Shown here one piece after another: positions 20,721-30,557 of a stretch of DNA of 64,000 nucleotides; the first letter of the stretch is position 1, and every line of letters begins with the position of its first letter. A model generated the notes under the pieces. It was not told the DNA's origin. It saw only the letters and a list, made by a program, of their open reading frames with translations, and ran no database searches. The stretch is from an uncultured Chitinophaga sp. (GTDB lineage Bacteria > Bacteroidota > Bacteroidia > Chitinophagales > Chitinophagaceae). The position numbers and the translations under genes were made by a program. The stretch is taken from NCBI GenBank assembly GCA_965653365.1, contig CBFGZV010000021.1:10728-74727 (forward strand). Direction: 5' to 3'.

Positions 20721-21950
20721 TTATCCCTTTACTGCCAGCAGCAGTTCCAGGTCCGTATACTTCAATTTGAATTTTTCGCTGAGGTGGTAGTTGGTGAGGG
20801 CGCCTTTGTAGAGGTAGATGCCGTTGCGCACGCCTCGCTTTATCCATACGAGGTTTTCAAATCCCCCGTCGTCCGCCGCTTCGAGCAGCAGCGGCATCAG
20901 CACGTTGCTGATGGCCTGTGAGGCGGTACCGGCAAAACCGGAGGGGATATTGGGCACGCAATAGTGGATGACGTCGTACTTTTTGAATACGGGGTTTTCG
21001 TGGGAAGTGATTTCGGAAGTTTCAAAACAACCGCCCCGGTCGATGCTGACGTCTACGATCACAGAGCCTGCCTTCATATGGCTCACCATCGATTCGGTGA
21101 CCACGATGGGAGTACGGCCGCTCTGCGACGAGAGCGCTCCCACGGCCACGTCCGCATTACGGAGCTGTTCCGCCAGCACACGGGGTTGTATCACAGAGGT
21201 GAATACACGCACCCCGATATTGTTTTGGAGCCTTTTGAGCTTGTAAATATTATTGTCGAATACTTTTACGGACGAGCCCAGGGCAAGCGCCGTACGGGCC
21301 GCAAATTCGCCTACGATGCCTGCGCCGATGATCACCACCTTGGTGGGAGGAATGCCGGTAATACCGCCCAGCAAAATGCCCTTGCCCCGGTTGCTGTTGC
21401 TGAGGTACTGTCCGGCGATGAGCATCACCGCCCCGCCGGCTATTTCGCTCATGGCGCGTACAATGGGGTAGGTACCCGCATCGTCTTTCAGGTTTTCGAA
21501 GGAAAGCAGGGTGATGCGCTTGTCCATCATCTTTTGCAGCTGCTCTGCTTTCAGTACAGACAGGTGGATGGGGGAGATCACGATCTGATGAGGGTGGAGC
21601 AGCTCAATTTCCTCGTCGTTGAGGGGGGCCGACTTCACGATGATGTCTGCCTTGAACACCTCCTTTTTTTCGTATACGATTTCGGCGCCGGCTTCGGAAT
21701 AATCCGTGTCGTAGAAGTGGGAACCGTCGCCCGCCTTATGTTCCACCACAATGTGATGGCCATTGTTGCTCAGGATGCTCACCGCGTCCGGGGTCAGTGC
21801 GATGCGGCTTTCCTGGAAGGATGTCTCCTTGGGGATACCAATGAATAAACGGGAATTTTTCTGTGGAATATCCAGCGTTTCTTCCAGCGGAGAATAAGTA
21901 AATCCGGCACTCACAACAGGTTTTTGCCTTTGCTCCATAATCGTAGACAA
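20721..21950 (-). CDS. alanine dehydrogenase / PNT-alpha family NAD(P)-dependent dehydrogenase
   Basis: N-terminal GIPKE..E.R.ALTP motif and Rossmann motif VVIIGAGIVG, matching the AlaDH/PNT family layout. Confidence 0.75.
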   Translation of the reverse strand: MSTIMEQRQKPVVSAGFTYSPLEETLDIPQKNSRLFIGIPKETSFQESRIALTPDAVSILSNNGHHIVVEHKAGDGSHFYDTDYSEAGAEIVYEKKEVFKADIIVKSAPLNDEEIELLHPHQIVISPIHLSVLKAEQLQKMMDKRITLLSFENLKDDAGTYPIVRAMSEIAGGAVMLIAGQYLSNSNRGKGILLGGITGIPPTKVVIIGAGIVGEFAARTALALGSSVKVFDNNIYKLKRLQNNIGVRVFTSVIQPRVLAEQLRNADVAVGALSSQSGRTPIVVTESMVSHMKAGSVIVDVSIDRGGCFETSEITSHENPVFKKYDVIHYCVPNIPSGFAGTASQAISNVLMPLLLEAADDGGFENLVWIKRGVRNGIYLYKGALTNYHLSEKFKLKYTDLELLLAVKG

Positions 21951-21984
21951 TTGTATGTTAGGTCACTATTCAAAGATACATTTA

Positions 21985-22446
21985 TTATTGCAGGGAAGGT
22001 GCAAAATGCCCGTGGTCCGCATTGCCGGCAAATAGATTCCGCTTGTGGTCCGGCGTAACGGACAGGAAAATGTGCACGGTGCCGGCTGGAAGCAGGGGGG
22101 CTACCAGCTCGGGCCATTCCACGAAACAGATGGCGTCCGGATGGTAGAGGCAGTCTTCCACGCCCGCTTCCACCGCTTCCTCGAGGCTTTTGAGGCGGTA
22201 AAGGTCCAGGTGGTAAATGATCTTTTCGCGCCCGTTGCCATCCGCATAGCGGTATTCGTTAATGATGGAAAAAGTGGGGCTGGCCGTGGCGTCTTCCACG
22301 CCTTTGGCGGCGCAAAGCTCCTTGATCAGCGTGGTTTTACCTGCCCCCATGTCTCCGCTGAGGGCGAAAACCTGCTCACGGGGGAAGGTAGACCAGAACT
22401 GGCGGGCTACTTCCGGCAGCTCCGCATGTGCAAATGTCAATCTCAT
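21985..22446 (-). CDS. tsaE: tRNA t6A37 biosynthesis ATPase TsaE
   Basis: P-loop GDMGAGKTT; the ~150-aa YjeE-type layout with HLDLYRL. Confidence 0.85.
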   Translation of the reverse strand: MRLTFAHAELPEVARQFWSTFPREQVFALSGDMGAGKTTLIKELCAAKGVEDATASPTFSIINEYRYADGNGREKIIYHLDLYRLKSLEEAVEAGVEDCLYHPDAICFVEWPELVAPLLPAGTVHIFLSVTPDHKRNLFAGNADHGHFAPSLQ

Positions 22447-22491
22447 ACGCTTTGGCCTTAAACAGGGTTTAAAATTAGCGATTCCGCGGCG

Positions 22492-22587
22492 GAAAATGGC
22501 ACCGCCGTTGCATTAATTCCCAAAAGCAGCATGGAAGCAGGGTGTTTTGCCCCATCGCCCCGAAATAGCACCCCCGTTGCATTAATT
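22492..22587 (+). repeat. two ~26-nt direct repeats 69 bp apart upstream of the Cu-ATPase gene
   Basis: gaaaatggcaccgccgttgcattaatt (22492-22518) and cgaaatagcacccccgttgcattaatt (22561-22587). Confidence 0.7.
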
Positions 22588-22641
22588 ATCCCGTGCTGCA
22601 AGCGGGTTTGTGCTAATTTTACAGGGTCAGCATTTTAAGCC

Positions 22642-24732
22642 ATGGAAACGATCAGTTGTAAAGTAAAAGGAATGAATTGCTCCAGTTGCGCACTGACCAT
22701 CTCCAAGTACCTCGAGAAAAAAGGGGTGGAAGATGTAGCCATCAGTGTAGCCACGGAAGAGCTGCGTTTTAACTTGCCCGAAGGCGCCAGCGCAGACGAA
22801 GTCATCAACGGCATCAACAATCTCGGATATGAAGTGGTGCTGCCCAACCAGCGCGGCGCATCCAGACCGTTCTATACCACCCTCCGTTTTAAGTTCTTTT
22901 TCTGCCTGGTATTCACCGCGCCGCTGATGCTGCATATGGTGGCAAACTGGCATTGGCTGCATAACCCGTGGGTGCAGCTGGCCCTCACCATCCCGGTATA
23001 TGTTACGGGCATGCTGCATTTCGGGCGGAGCGCCCTGCGCTCGCTGCGCAACGGCATCGCCAATATGGACGTGCTGATCACCCTGGGCGCCACGGCCGCC
23101 TTCATATACAGCCTCACCGGCACGCTGCAGCAGCTGGGCCCGGACTATCTCTTCTATGAAACCACCGCAGCCATCCTCACACTCGTGTTCCTGGGCAACC
23201 TGCTGGAGGAAAAGTCGGTGAAATCCACCACCACCGCTATCGCGGAGCTGGCACGCATGCAACATACCCATGCAAAGCGGATCAACGATGCAGGCGAGGT
23301 GGAAGAAATCGACAATAGCGAATTGCGCACGGGCGACCGGGTACTGGTCAATACCGGCGATAAAATACCGATGGATGGTACTGTTTACTGGGGCAGCGGA
23401 CATGTGAACGAATCGATGATTACCGGCGAAAGCGAGCCGGTGAGCCGCCGCGAGAAGGATAAAGTGATCGGCGGCACCCTCCTTGAAGACGGCAGCATTA
23501 AGATATTCATCACCGCAACGGGTAAAGACACCGTGCTGTCGTACATCATCAACCTGGTGAAGCAGGCCCAGAGCAACAAACCGCCCATGCAGAAGCTGGC
23601 AGACAAGATCAGCGCCATTTTCGTGCCCGTGGTGCTGGGCCTTGCCCTGCTTACCTTTCTCGGCTGGTATTTCATCGGCCAAACCCCGCTGTCCACCGCC
23701 ATGATGCGCGCCATCGCCGTACTGGTGATTGCCTGCCCCTGCGCGATGGGCCTCGCCACGCCGGCCGCCGTAATGGTAGGCCTGGGCCGCGCAGCCCGCA
23801 GCGGCATCCTCATCAAAGGCGCGCAAACGCTCGAAGCGTTCCGCAATATCCGCCAGATTGTGTTCGACAAAACGGGCACCCTCACCACGGGCAAGCTGCA
23901 GATTGGTCGGTGGGAAACTATTATGGAGCCGGACGACTTCCGGTCGGTGGTGCTCAGCCTTGAAAAATATTCCTCTCATCCCATTGCCCGGTCCATCGTG
24001 GCGCTCTGGAAAGGTGTGCCAGAAACCGCCCTGCAACAGGTGAGAGAGCAAAAGGGCAGGGGCATGCAGGCGAAAGATAAGGCAGGCAACGAATGGCAGC
24101 TGGGCTCGTATCTTATGGCAGCTAGCGCCACCAGCGACGATTCGCACAATATTTACCTGCTGAAGAACGGGGAGCTGATGGGCTGGATAGATTTCACCGA
24201 TGAACTGCGCCCGGAAGCGCAACAGGTGATGGCGCAGTTGAAAGAGGCCGGCATCCGCACCATCCTGCTGAGTGGCGACATGCGGCGCAAATGCGAACAG
24301 CTGGCGCAGCAGCTGGGCATCGACGAAGTGTTTGCCGAACAGTCTCCCGCACAGAAGCTGCAGAAAATCGGGGAACTGATGGAACAGGCGCCCACGGCCA
24401 TGGTGGGCGACGGCATCAACGACGCACCCGCGCTCGCCAAAGCCAGCATCGGTATTTCCCTTAGCGATGCCACGCAGGTGGCCATGCAAAGCGCTAACGT
24501 CATCCTCCTCAACGGCCATCTCGGCGCGCTGCCGCTGGCCATGGGGTTGGGCAAACATACCTACCTCACCATCAAACAGAACCTTTTCTGGGCCTTTGCC
24601 TACAACGTGGTGGCCATTCCCGTTGCCGCGCTGGGCTTCCTGAACCCCATCCTGGCCGCGCTTGTGATGGGACTGTCAGACGTGGTGCTGGCCATCAATT
24701 CGGTGCGGCTGCGGTTTAAAAAAGTAATCTGA
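22642..24732 (+). CDS. heavy-metal (Cu+/Ag+ type, P1B) translocating P-type ATPase
   Basis: N-terminal HMA GMNCSSCA, CPC motif ACPCAMGLATP, phosphorylation site DKTGTLT, SSHPIA, and hinge GDGINDAP. Confidence 0.93.
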   Translation: METISCKVKGMNCSSCALTISKYLEKKGVEDVAISVATEELRFNLPEGASADEVINGINNLGYEVVLPNQRGASRPFYTTLRFKFFFCLVFTAPLMLHMVANWHWLHNPWVQLALTIPVYVTGMLHFGRSALRSLRNGIANMDVLITLGATAAFIYSLTGTLQQLGPDYLFYETTAAILTLVFLGNLLEEKSVKSTTTAIAELARMQHTHAKRINDAGEVEEIDNSELRTGDRVLVNTGDKIPMDGTVYWGSGHVNESMITGESEPVSRREKDKVIGGTLLEDGSIKIFITATGKDTVLSYIINLVKQAQSNKPPMQKLADKISAIFVPVVLGLALLTFLGWYFIGQTPLSTAMMRAIAVLVIACPCAMGLATPAAVMVGLGRAARSGILIKGAQTLEAFRNIRQIVFDKTGTLTTGKLQIGRWETIMEPDDFRSVVLSLEKYSSHPIARSIVALWKGVPETALQQVREQKGRGMQAKDKAGNEWQLGSYLMAASATSDDSHNIYLLKNGELMGWIDFTDELRPEAQQVMAQLKEAGIRTILLSGDMRRKCEQLAQQLGIDEVFAEQSPAQKLQKIGELMEQAPTAMVGDGINDAPALAKASIGISLSDATQVAMQSANVILLNGHLGALPLAMGLGKHTYLTIKQNLFWAFAYNVVAIPVAALGFLNPILAALVMGLSDVVLAINSVRLRFKKVI

Positions 24733-24778
24733 CCGATTTATCGTTAATTCGCGTATTGCATTGAAATGCGCACCAACT

Positions 24779-25384
24779 ATGATCTACTGGTTAGACCTCA
24801 TCGGCACGTTCGTGTTTGCCATATCCGGCGCGCTCGCCGCCTGGGATAAAAAAATGTACCACGATATTTTCGGGGTGAGTTTTACCGCTTTCGTCACTTC
24901 TATCGGCGGGGGTACCCTGCGCGACCTCATCCTCGGCGTACGGCCGGTGTGGGTCGGCGATAAAAACTACATCATCGCCATCGCCTTCGGCGTACTCGTC
25001 ACGATCCTGTTCCGCGCGCGCCTGCTGCGCGTGCGCCGCGGCATCTTCCTGTTCGATACCATCGGCATCGGGTTTTACACCGTCATCGGGTTGCAGAAAG
25101 CGTTGCTCTACGGCGTGCACCCCTGGGCCGCCGTTATCCTCGGTATGATATCGGCCATTTTCGGTGGCGTGATCAGGGATATGATGGTGAACGAAATCCC
25201 CCTGATCTTCAGCCGCCAGATCTATGCCACCGCGTGCCTTGCCGGCGCCGCCCTGTACATCGGGTTGCACCGTATAGGCGTGGATGAAAACTGGAACATG
25301 ATCGCCGCTATTTTACTGGTGATCGCCATCCGCCTTACCTCGCTCAAAAAAGGGTGGTCGTTGCCGTATTTGCAGAAAGAATAG
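24779..25384 (+). CDS. trimeric intracellular cation channel / UPF0126 (YadS) family membrane protein
   Basis: Two internal repeats with GGGTLRD and FGGVIRD glycine motifs. The ATG at 24779 is preferred over the TTG at 24761. Confidence 0.8.
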   Translation: MIYWLDLIGTFVFAISGALAAWDKKMYHDIFGVSFTAFVTSIGGGTLRDLILGVRPVWVGDKNYIIAIAFGVLVTILFRARLLRVRRGIFLFDTIGIGFYTVIGLQKALLYGVHPWAAVILGMISAIFGGVIRDMMVNEIPLIFSRQIYATACLAGAALYIGLHRIGVDENWNMIAAILLVIAIRLTSLKKGWSLPYLQKE

Positions 25385-25400
25385 CGCTAAATTTGCCTGC

Positions 25401-27299
25401 TTGGTAACCGCACATTCCATATTACACAAATTCTGGGGCTTCCAGCAATTCCGCCCGCTGCAGGAAGATATCGTGAACGCCATCGCCGCCGGCCGCGACA
25501 CGCTGGCGTTGCTGCCTACCGGCGGCGGAAAGTCCATTTGCTTCCAGGTGCCGGCTATGATGCAGGAAGGGCTTTGTCTGGTGGTGACGCCGCTCATCGC
25601 CCTGATGAAAGACCAGGTGGAAAACCTCAACAAGCGCGGTATTCCTGCTTTCGCCATCTACGCCGGCATGCAAACGCGCGACGTGGAAAAGGTGCTGGCC
25701 CTTGCCCGCGAAGGAGAAATCAAGTTCCTCTATGTGTCGCCGGAACGCTTGCAGAGCAAGCGCTTTCTCTGGTTTTGCGAAGTGCTGCCCGTGCGCCTCA
25801 TTGCGGTAGATGAAGCCCACTGTATCTCGCAATGGGGCTACGATTTCAGGCCGGCCTACCTGCAGATCGCCGCAATCCGCGAGCATTTTCCCAACGCGCC
25901 CATACTGGCGCTAACGGCCACGGCTACCCCGGTGGTGCGGGAAGACATCTGCCGGCAATTGCAGCTGCGCGACCCGGCCGTATTCGTCAAGAGTTTCGCA
26001 CGCTCCAATCTTTCCTACAGCGTGGTGGAGGAGGAAGGTAAGCTGGGCCGCATCAAACAGATACTCGACCGCGTGCCGGGCAGCGCCATCATTTATTGCC
26101 GCAACCGCCGGCAAACGAAAGACATCGCCGGCCTGCTCGTTGCCCAGGGTATTGAAGCCGGTTATTACCACGCCGGCCTCGCCCAGGCGGAGCGCACCGC
26201 CCGCCAGGAAGCCTGGATCAAAGGGGAAACCCGCGTGATGGTGTGCACCAACGCATTCGGGATGGGGATAGACAAGCCGGACGTGCGGATGGTGATACAT
26301 GCGGATGTGCCGGACAGCATCGAAGCATATTACCAGGAAGCGGGGCGCGCCGGCCGTGACGAAGAAAAGGCATACGCGGTGCTGCTGTACAACGAGCGCG
26401 ACCTGGAGGAGCTTAAAGCCCGCATCCCGCTGCAATTCCCGTCGCTCAACGAAATAAGGGCCATATACCAGGCCGTGGTAAACTATCTGCAGGTACCCGT
26501 AGGGGCCGAAGGCGTGTACTACGATTTTGATATCAACGACTTCGTAAAACGCTTCGGCTTGAACATCACCGTGGCGTTCAGCGCGCTGCGCATCCTGGAG
26601 CAGGAGGGTGTCTGGCAACTGAGCGAGAGCGTCTACCTGCCTTCCAAGCTCGAATTCGTGACCAGCCGCGATGCGTTGTTCGAATATGAAGAGCGCCACC
26701 AGGACCTGGAGCCCATCATCCAGACCTTACTCCGTACCTACGAAGGCATCTTCGATAACCCCGTGCCCGTTTTCGAAAGACAGATCGCCCGGATTATGCG
26801 GGTGGATGAGGAAGACGTGATCCACGATCTGCAAATGTTGCATAAACAGGCGCTGCTGCGGTATTATCCACGGAAAGACCAGCCTCAGCTTTGTTTTCTC
26901 GAAGAAAGGCTGCCCGTACAGCATTTGCGGGTGAACATGGCCCGGCTCGAAGAGAGGCGTAAAGCCATGGAAGCCCGCATAGCGGCCGTTTCTGCTTACG
27001 CGCGAACCAGCAACAGATGCCGTACGCAGCAGCTGGTGGCGTACTTCGGGGAGAAGGACGCCAAGCCCTGCGGCGTATGCGACGTATGTGTAAAAAAGGA
27101 AAAAGGGGCGCTGCCATCCAAAGAGTTCGGCCGCCTCACTACCGCCATCCTGTCGGCGCTGGAAGGCAAAACCAGCTTGCAGGCGCTGATGCAGAAAGTG
27201 GATGCAGAGGAAAACAGGGTGTTGGAAACCCTGCAGTTCCTGGTTGCAGAAGGTTTTGTATTGCGGGATGAAGACGGGATGCTGTCGCCAACGGCATAA
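25401..27299 (+). CDS. RecQ family ATP-dependent DNA helicase
   Basis: FWGFQQFRPLQ (motif 0), LPTGGGKS, DEAHCISQWG, TATAT, a zinc-binding Cys cluster and a C-terminal CGVCDVC. The TTG start is uncertain. Confidence 0.9.
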   Translation: MVTAHSILHKFWGFQQFRPLQEDIVNAIAAGRDTLALLPTGGGKSICFQVPAMMQEGLCLVVTPLIALMKDQVENLNKRGIPAFAIYAGMQTRDVEKVLALAREGEIKFLYVSPERLQSKRFLWFCEVLPVRLIAVDEAHCISQWGYDFRPAYLQIAAIREHFPNAPILALTATATPVVREDICRQLQLRDPAVFVKSFARSNLSYSVVEEEGKLGRIKQILDRVPGSAIIYCRNRRQTKDIAGLLVAQGIEAGYYHAGLAQAERTARQEAWIKGETRVMVCTNAFGMGIDKPDVRMVIHADVPDSIEAYYQEAGRAGRDEEKAYAVLLYNERDLEELKARIPLQFPSLNEIRAIYQAVVNYLQVPVGAEGVYYDFDINDFVKRFGLNITVAFSALRILEQEGVWQLSESVYLPSKLEFVTSRDALFEYEERHQDLEPIIQTLLRTYEGIFDNPVPVFERQIARIMRVDEEDVIHDLQMLHKQALLRYYPRKDQPQLCFLEERLPVQHLRVNMARLEERRKAMEARIAAVSAYARTSNRCRTQQLVAYFGEKDAKPCGVCDVCVKKEKGALPSKEFGRLTTAILSALEGKTSLQALMQKVDAEENRVLETLQFLVAEGFVLRDEDGMLSPTA

Positions 27300-27319
27300 T
27301 GCTCCCCGGCTGAAGCGGG

Positions 27320-28366
27320 TTACAATGAAATCACCCGCCTTTCTTCACTGCTTTTGAATGTCGCTTCGATCACCCTGATCACGTTCAGGCCGTCTTCCGG
27401 CGTTACGGGATTTGGTTTCCCTTCCCGCATGGCGCTGTAAATGCCCTGGTAATAATCGAGATAATTGCCGTTGCCGGAAGGCATGAATTCCTTCACCACT
27501 TTTCCATTGATTTCGGTGTGGAGGAGGCCCCACTCATGCGGTGCTTCCGCGCCCCAGTCGGGCGTATCGGGCAGCACGCCTTTCATCAGCAGCGCTTCCT
27601 GGATGTCTGATTTGGATTTGATGAACGAACCTTTGCGGCCGTGGAGAATGTAAGCGGGGAGCGCTTCCCGCACCAGGTAGCTCGATTTCAGGCGTACGCG
27701 CAGCTGGTCGTAGTACAATACCAGTTCGAAATAATCGTCTACCACGGAGTCTTTGCGGATGATGCGCACGTCGCCCCACACCGCCTGCGGCATCCCGAAA
27801 ATGGTCAGCGCCTGGTCTATCAGGTGGGAGCCCAGGTCGTACAGCACGCCGGTGCCGGGCTCAGCCACTTCCTTGTGTTTTTTATAGCTCAGTTCTTCCT
27901 TGAAGCGGTCGTAGTGGAACTCTACTTCGAGCACATCGCCCAGCAGGCCGTCTTCCACCACTTTCCGTACAATTTTATAGTCGCTGTCGAAGCGGCGGTT
28001 CTGGTACACGCTCAGCAACAGCTTTTTGGATGCGGCCAGTTGGATGAGCTCTTCGCCCTGCGCCACGGTAACGGTGAACGGCTTTTCAACGATCACGTTT
28101 TTACCGGCCTGGAGGGCCGCTTTCGTGTATTCGTAGTGGGTATAGTTCGGTGTGTTGACTACGATCAGTTCCAGCGAAGGGTCCGCCATCAGCGCCTTCA
28201 CGTCGTTATAAATCTTTACGTACGGGTAGCGCTGCTGGGTGAGGTGTTTGCTGCGCTCCACCACGGCCGTCAGTTCGAAACCGGGATGCACATGAATGAA
28301 GGGCGCGTGAAACGCGTAGCCGCTGTGGCCGTAGGAGCAGAGCCCCGTTTTGATGGGTGTGGACAT
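27320..28366 (-). CDS. Gfo/Idh/MocA family oxidoreductase
   Basis: N-terminal Rossmann fold, a VIVEKPF motif, and the C-terminal alpha/beta domain typical of the family. Confidence 0.85.
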   Translation of the reverse strand: MSTPIKTGLCSYGHSGYAFHAPFIHVHPGFELTAVVERSKHLTQQRYPYVKIYNDVKALMADPSLELIVVNTPNYTHYEYTKAALQAGKNVIVEKPFTVTVAQGEELIQLAASKKLLLSVYQNRRFDSDYKIVRKVVEDGLLGDVLEVEFHYDRFKEELSYKKHKEVAEPGTGVLYDLGSHLIDQALTIFGMPQAVWGDVRIIRKDSVVDDYFELVLYYDQLRVRLKSSYLVREALPAYILHGRKGSFIKSKSDIQEALLMKGVLPDTPDWGAEAPHEWGLLHTEINGKVVKEFMPSGNGNYLDYYQGIYSAMREGKPNPVTPEDGLNVIRVIEATFKSSEERRVISL

Positions 28367-28519
28367 ATGCTAAAACTATTTTTCGGGTTGCCGGCTTCGT
28401 CAAAAAGCCGTTTCAGTTTTCTTTCGGTAAGATACAGCGGCAAAACGGAAGCTGCAACCGTTGGAATGATCATCCGTGAAACAACAGCCACTCAAAAAGT
28501 ACAGGCTAATAATAATCGG

Positions 28520-30079
28520 TTAAAACCAGCTGCTCTTTTTCTTGCTGCTGCGGCCACCTAGTCCCAGCGCGCCCAAGAGGCTGCGCGTGATGATGTTGGC
28601 AGCCGTTCTGCCCGCCTGGCGGGCGGCGGAACTGGTCACGATGGTTTCCAGCAGGCCTTTTTCCTCTTTCTGGCGGCCTTTTTTGGCGGGAGCTTCTTCT
28701 TCGGCGGCTTTGGTTTTTTCCGCGGCTTCCTCGAGTTTGGCGGTGAGCATTTCGTATGCGCTGTCGCTGTCGATGTCCTCGTTGTATTTCCGTACGAGCT
28801 TGCTGCCGGCTACCAGCTGGTCCAGCTCCGCGTCCGTCAGGATGTCCATGCGGGAATGCGGCGATACCAGCATGGTGGCAGCCAGTGGCGTAGGGGTGCC
28901 TTTTTCGCTCAGGCAGGTCACCAGCGCCTCGCCAATCCCGATCTGCGTCAGCAGTTCGTCGGTTTTATAGTAATCGGAAAGCGGGTAGTTTTCAGCCGTC
29001 TGCTTGATGGCTTTGCGGTCGTTGGCGGTAAAGGCGCGCAGGGCATGCTGTACCTTGAGGCCGAGCTGGCCGAGCACAGAAGCCGGCACGTCCATCGGGT
29101 TCTGGGTGCAGAAGAAGATGCCCACGCCTTTGGACCGGATGAGCTTGATGATGGTTTCGATCTGTTGCAGCAACGCATCGCTGGCTTCCTGGAAAATCAG
29201 GTGCGCCTCGTCTATGAACATCACGAGCTTCGGTTTGTCGAGGTCGCCCTCTTCCGGCAGCGTGGCATACAGTTCCGCCAGCAGGCTGAGCATGAAGGTG
29301 GAAAAGAGCTTCGGCCGGTCTTGGATGTCGGTTACGCGAACGATCGAAATCTTACCGCGACCGTCTTCCGCGATGTGCATCAGGTCGTCTACCTCAAAGG
29401 ATTTTTCTCCGAAGAAAACGGTGGCGCCCTGCTGTTCCAGCTCGATTACCTTGCGAAGGATGGTGCCGGTGCTGGTGGTGGAAATTTTCCCGTAGTCTTT
29501 TTCCAGCTCCTTTTTGCCCTCGTCGCTTACGTACTGGAGCACTTTTTTGAAGTCTTTCAGGTCGAGCAGGGGCAGTTTATTGTCGTCGCAGTATTTAAAG
29601 ATCATCGCTACAAACCCGGCCTGCGTATCGTTGAGGTCGAGGATTTTGGAGAGCAGCACGGGGCCGAATTCGCTGACGGTAGCCCGCAGGCGCGCGCCCT
29701 TTTCGTGGCTGAGGGTGAGCAGTTCTACCGGGTAGGCCGCGGGGGCCCAGGTGCCGCCGATTTTGGCGTACCGCTCTTCTATTTTTGCGTTGGATGTGCC
29801 GGCGGCGGCGATGCCGCTCAGGTCGCCCTTGATGTCCATCAGCAGCACGGGCACGCTGGCGTCGCTGAGGCCTTCGGCAATCACCTGGAGGGTTTTCGTT
29901 TTGCCGGTACCGGTAGCACCCGCAATGAGGCCGTGGCGGTTGAGCGTTTTCAGGGGCAGCAGCACGTCCGCGCCCGTCACCACTTCGCCGTTGAACATCG
30001 CGCAGCCCAGTTTAAAATGCTCGCCTTTGAAGGTATAGCCGTTTTTGATGTATTCGAGAAATGCTTCTTTGGTTGCCAT
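28520..30079 (-). CDS. HerA-like helicase domain protein (DUF853 / YjgR family ATPase)
   Basis: Walker A GATGTGKTK, Walker B LVMFIDEAH, and a basic C-terminal tail. Confidence 0.85.
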   Translation of the reverse strand: MATKEAFLEYIKNGYTFKGEHFKLGCAMFNGEVVTGADVLLPLKTLNRHGLIAGATGTGKTKTLQVIAEGLSDASVPVLLMDIKGDLSGIAAAGTSNAKIEERYAKIGGTWAPAAYPVELLTLSHEKGARLRATVSEFGPVLLSKILDLNDTQAGFVAMIFKYCDDNKLPLLDLKDFKKVLQYVSDEGKKELEKDYGKISTTSTGTILRKVIELEQQGATVFFGEKSFEVDDLMHIAEDGRGKISIVRVTDIQDRPKLFSTFMLSLLAELYATLPEEGDLDKPKLVMFIDEAHLIFQEASDALLQQIETIIKLIRSKGVGIFFCTQNPMDVPASVLGQLGLKVQHALRAFTANDRKAIKQTAENYPLSDYYKTDELLTQIGIGEALVTCLSEKGTPTPLAATMLVSPHSRMDILTDAELDQLVAGSKLVRKYNEDIDSDSAYEMLTAKLEEAAEKTKAAEEEAPAKKGRQKEEKGLLETIVTSSAARQAGRTAANIITRSLLGALGLGGRSSKKKSSWF

Positions 30080-30091
30080 GATGGATAGGTT

Positions 30092-30538
30092 TTATTCTTC
30101 TTTTAACAGCTTTTTGGCTTCGTCGATGGTTGACAGCATAAAAGTTTTGACCTCCTCTATTTTCTTTTTCTCGGATTCAAGATAGGCTTTCTTTTCCGCG
30201 GTGGTTTTGTTGGTCATTTGCATGTCGTAGCCGTGCATCCAGTTTTCCATGGCTTTGTTGGCGCTGTCGAGCTGCAAGCCGGCGGCGGTGTAGGGTTTAG
30301 CCGTTTGGGCATCTTTCCCGAGGCTGTCCGCCACTTCCGTTACGCGCGTCTTGAGGCGGCGGATCACCATCATTTTGGCCATGGCTTCGTCGTGAATATT
30401 CATCACGTCGGCCGACAAAGAATCCACTTTCAGGGAATCGGCGATGGCTGCGGCGTTGCCAGCGGGAGCGCCGCCCTGGCAGGCTGCGAGGGCGATCAAT
30501 GCTGCAACCGGCAGCATGCGGAAAATGTTTTTATACAT
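30092..30538 (-). CDS. hypothetical helical lipoprotein
   Basis: Lipobox LIALAAC, then a Lys/Glu-rich helical body. Confidence 0.5.
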   Translation of the reverse strand: MYKNIFRMLPVAALIALAACQGGAPAGNAAAIADSLKVDSLSADVMNIHDEAMAKMMVIRRLKTRVTEVADSLGKDAQTAKPYTAAGLQLDSANKAMENWMHGYDMQMTNKTTAEKKAYLESEKKKIEEVKTFMLSTIDEAKKLLKEE

Positions 30539-30557
30539 ACGCTGAGATTTTTAAAGA

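Noticed and set aside
22627-24558. 643-aa ORF on the minus strand
   Set aside because: It is antisense to the P-type ATPase (CPC, DKTGT and GDGINDAP motifs are all on the plus strand). Its composition is implausible (His/Gly/Ala/Arg rich).
28520-30079. The HerA-like ATPase as a defence component (HerA-Sir2 or HerA-DUF4297 type)
   Set aside because: It belongs to the stand-alone DUF853/YjgR layout, with no partner nuclease or Sir2 gene. The flanking genes are an oxidoreductase and a lipoprotein of core composition.
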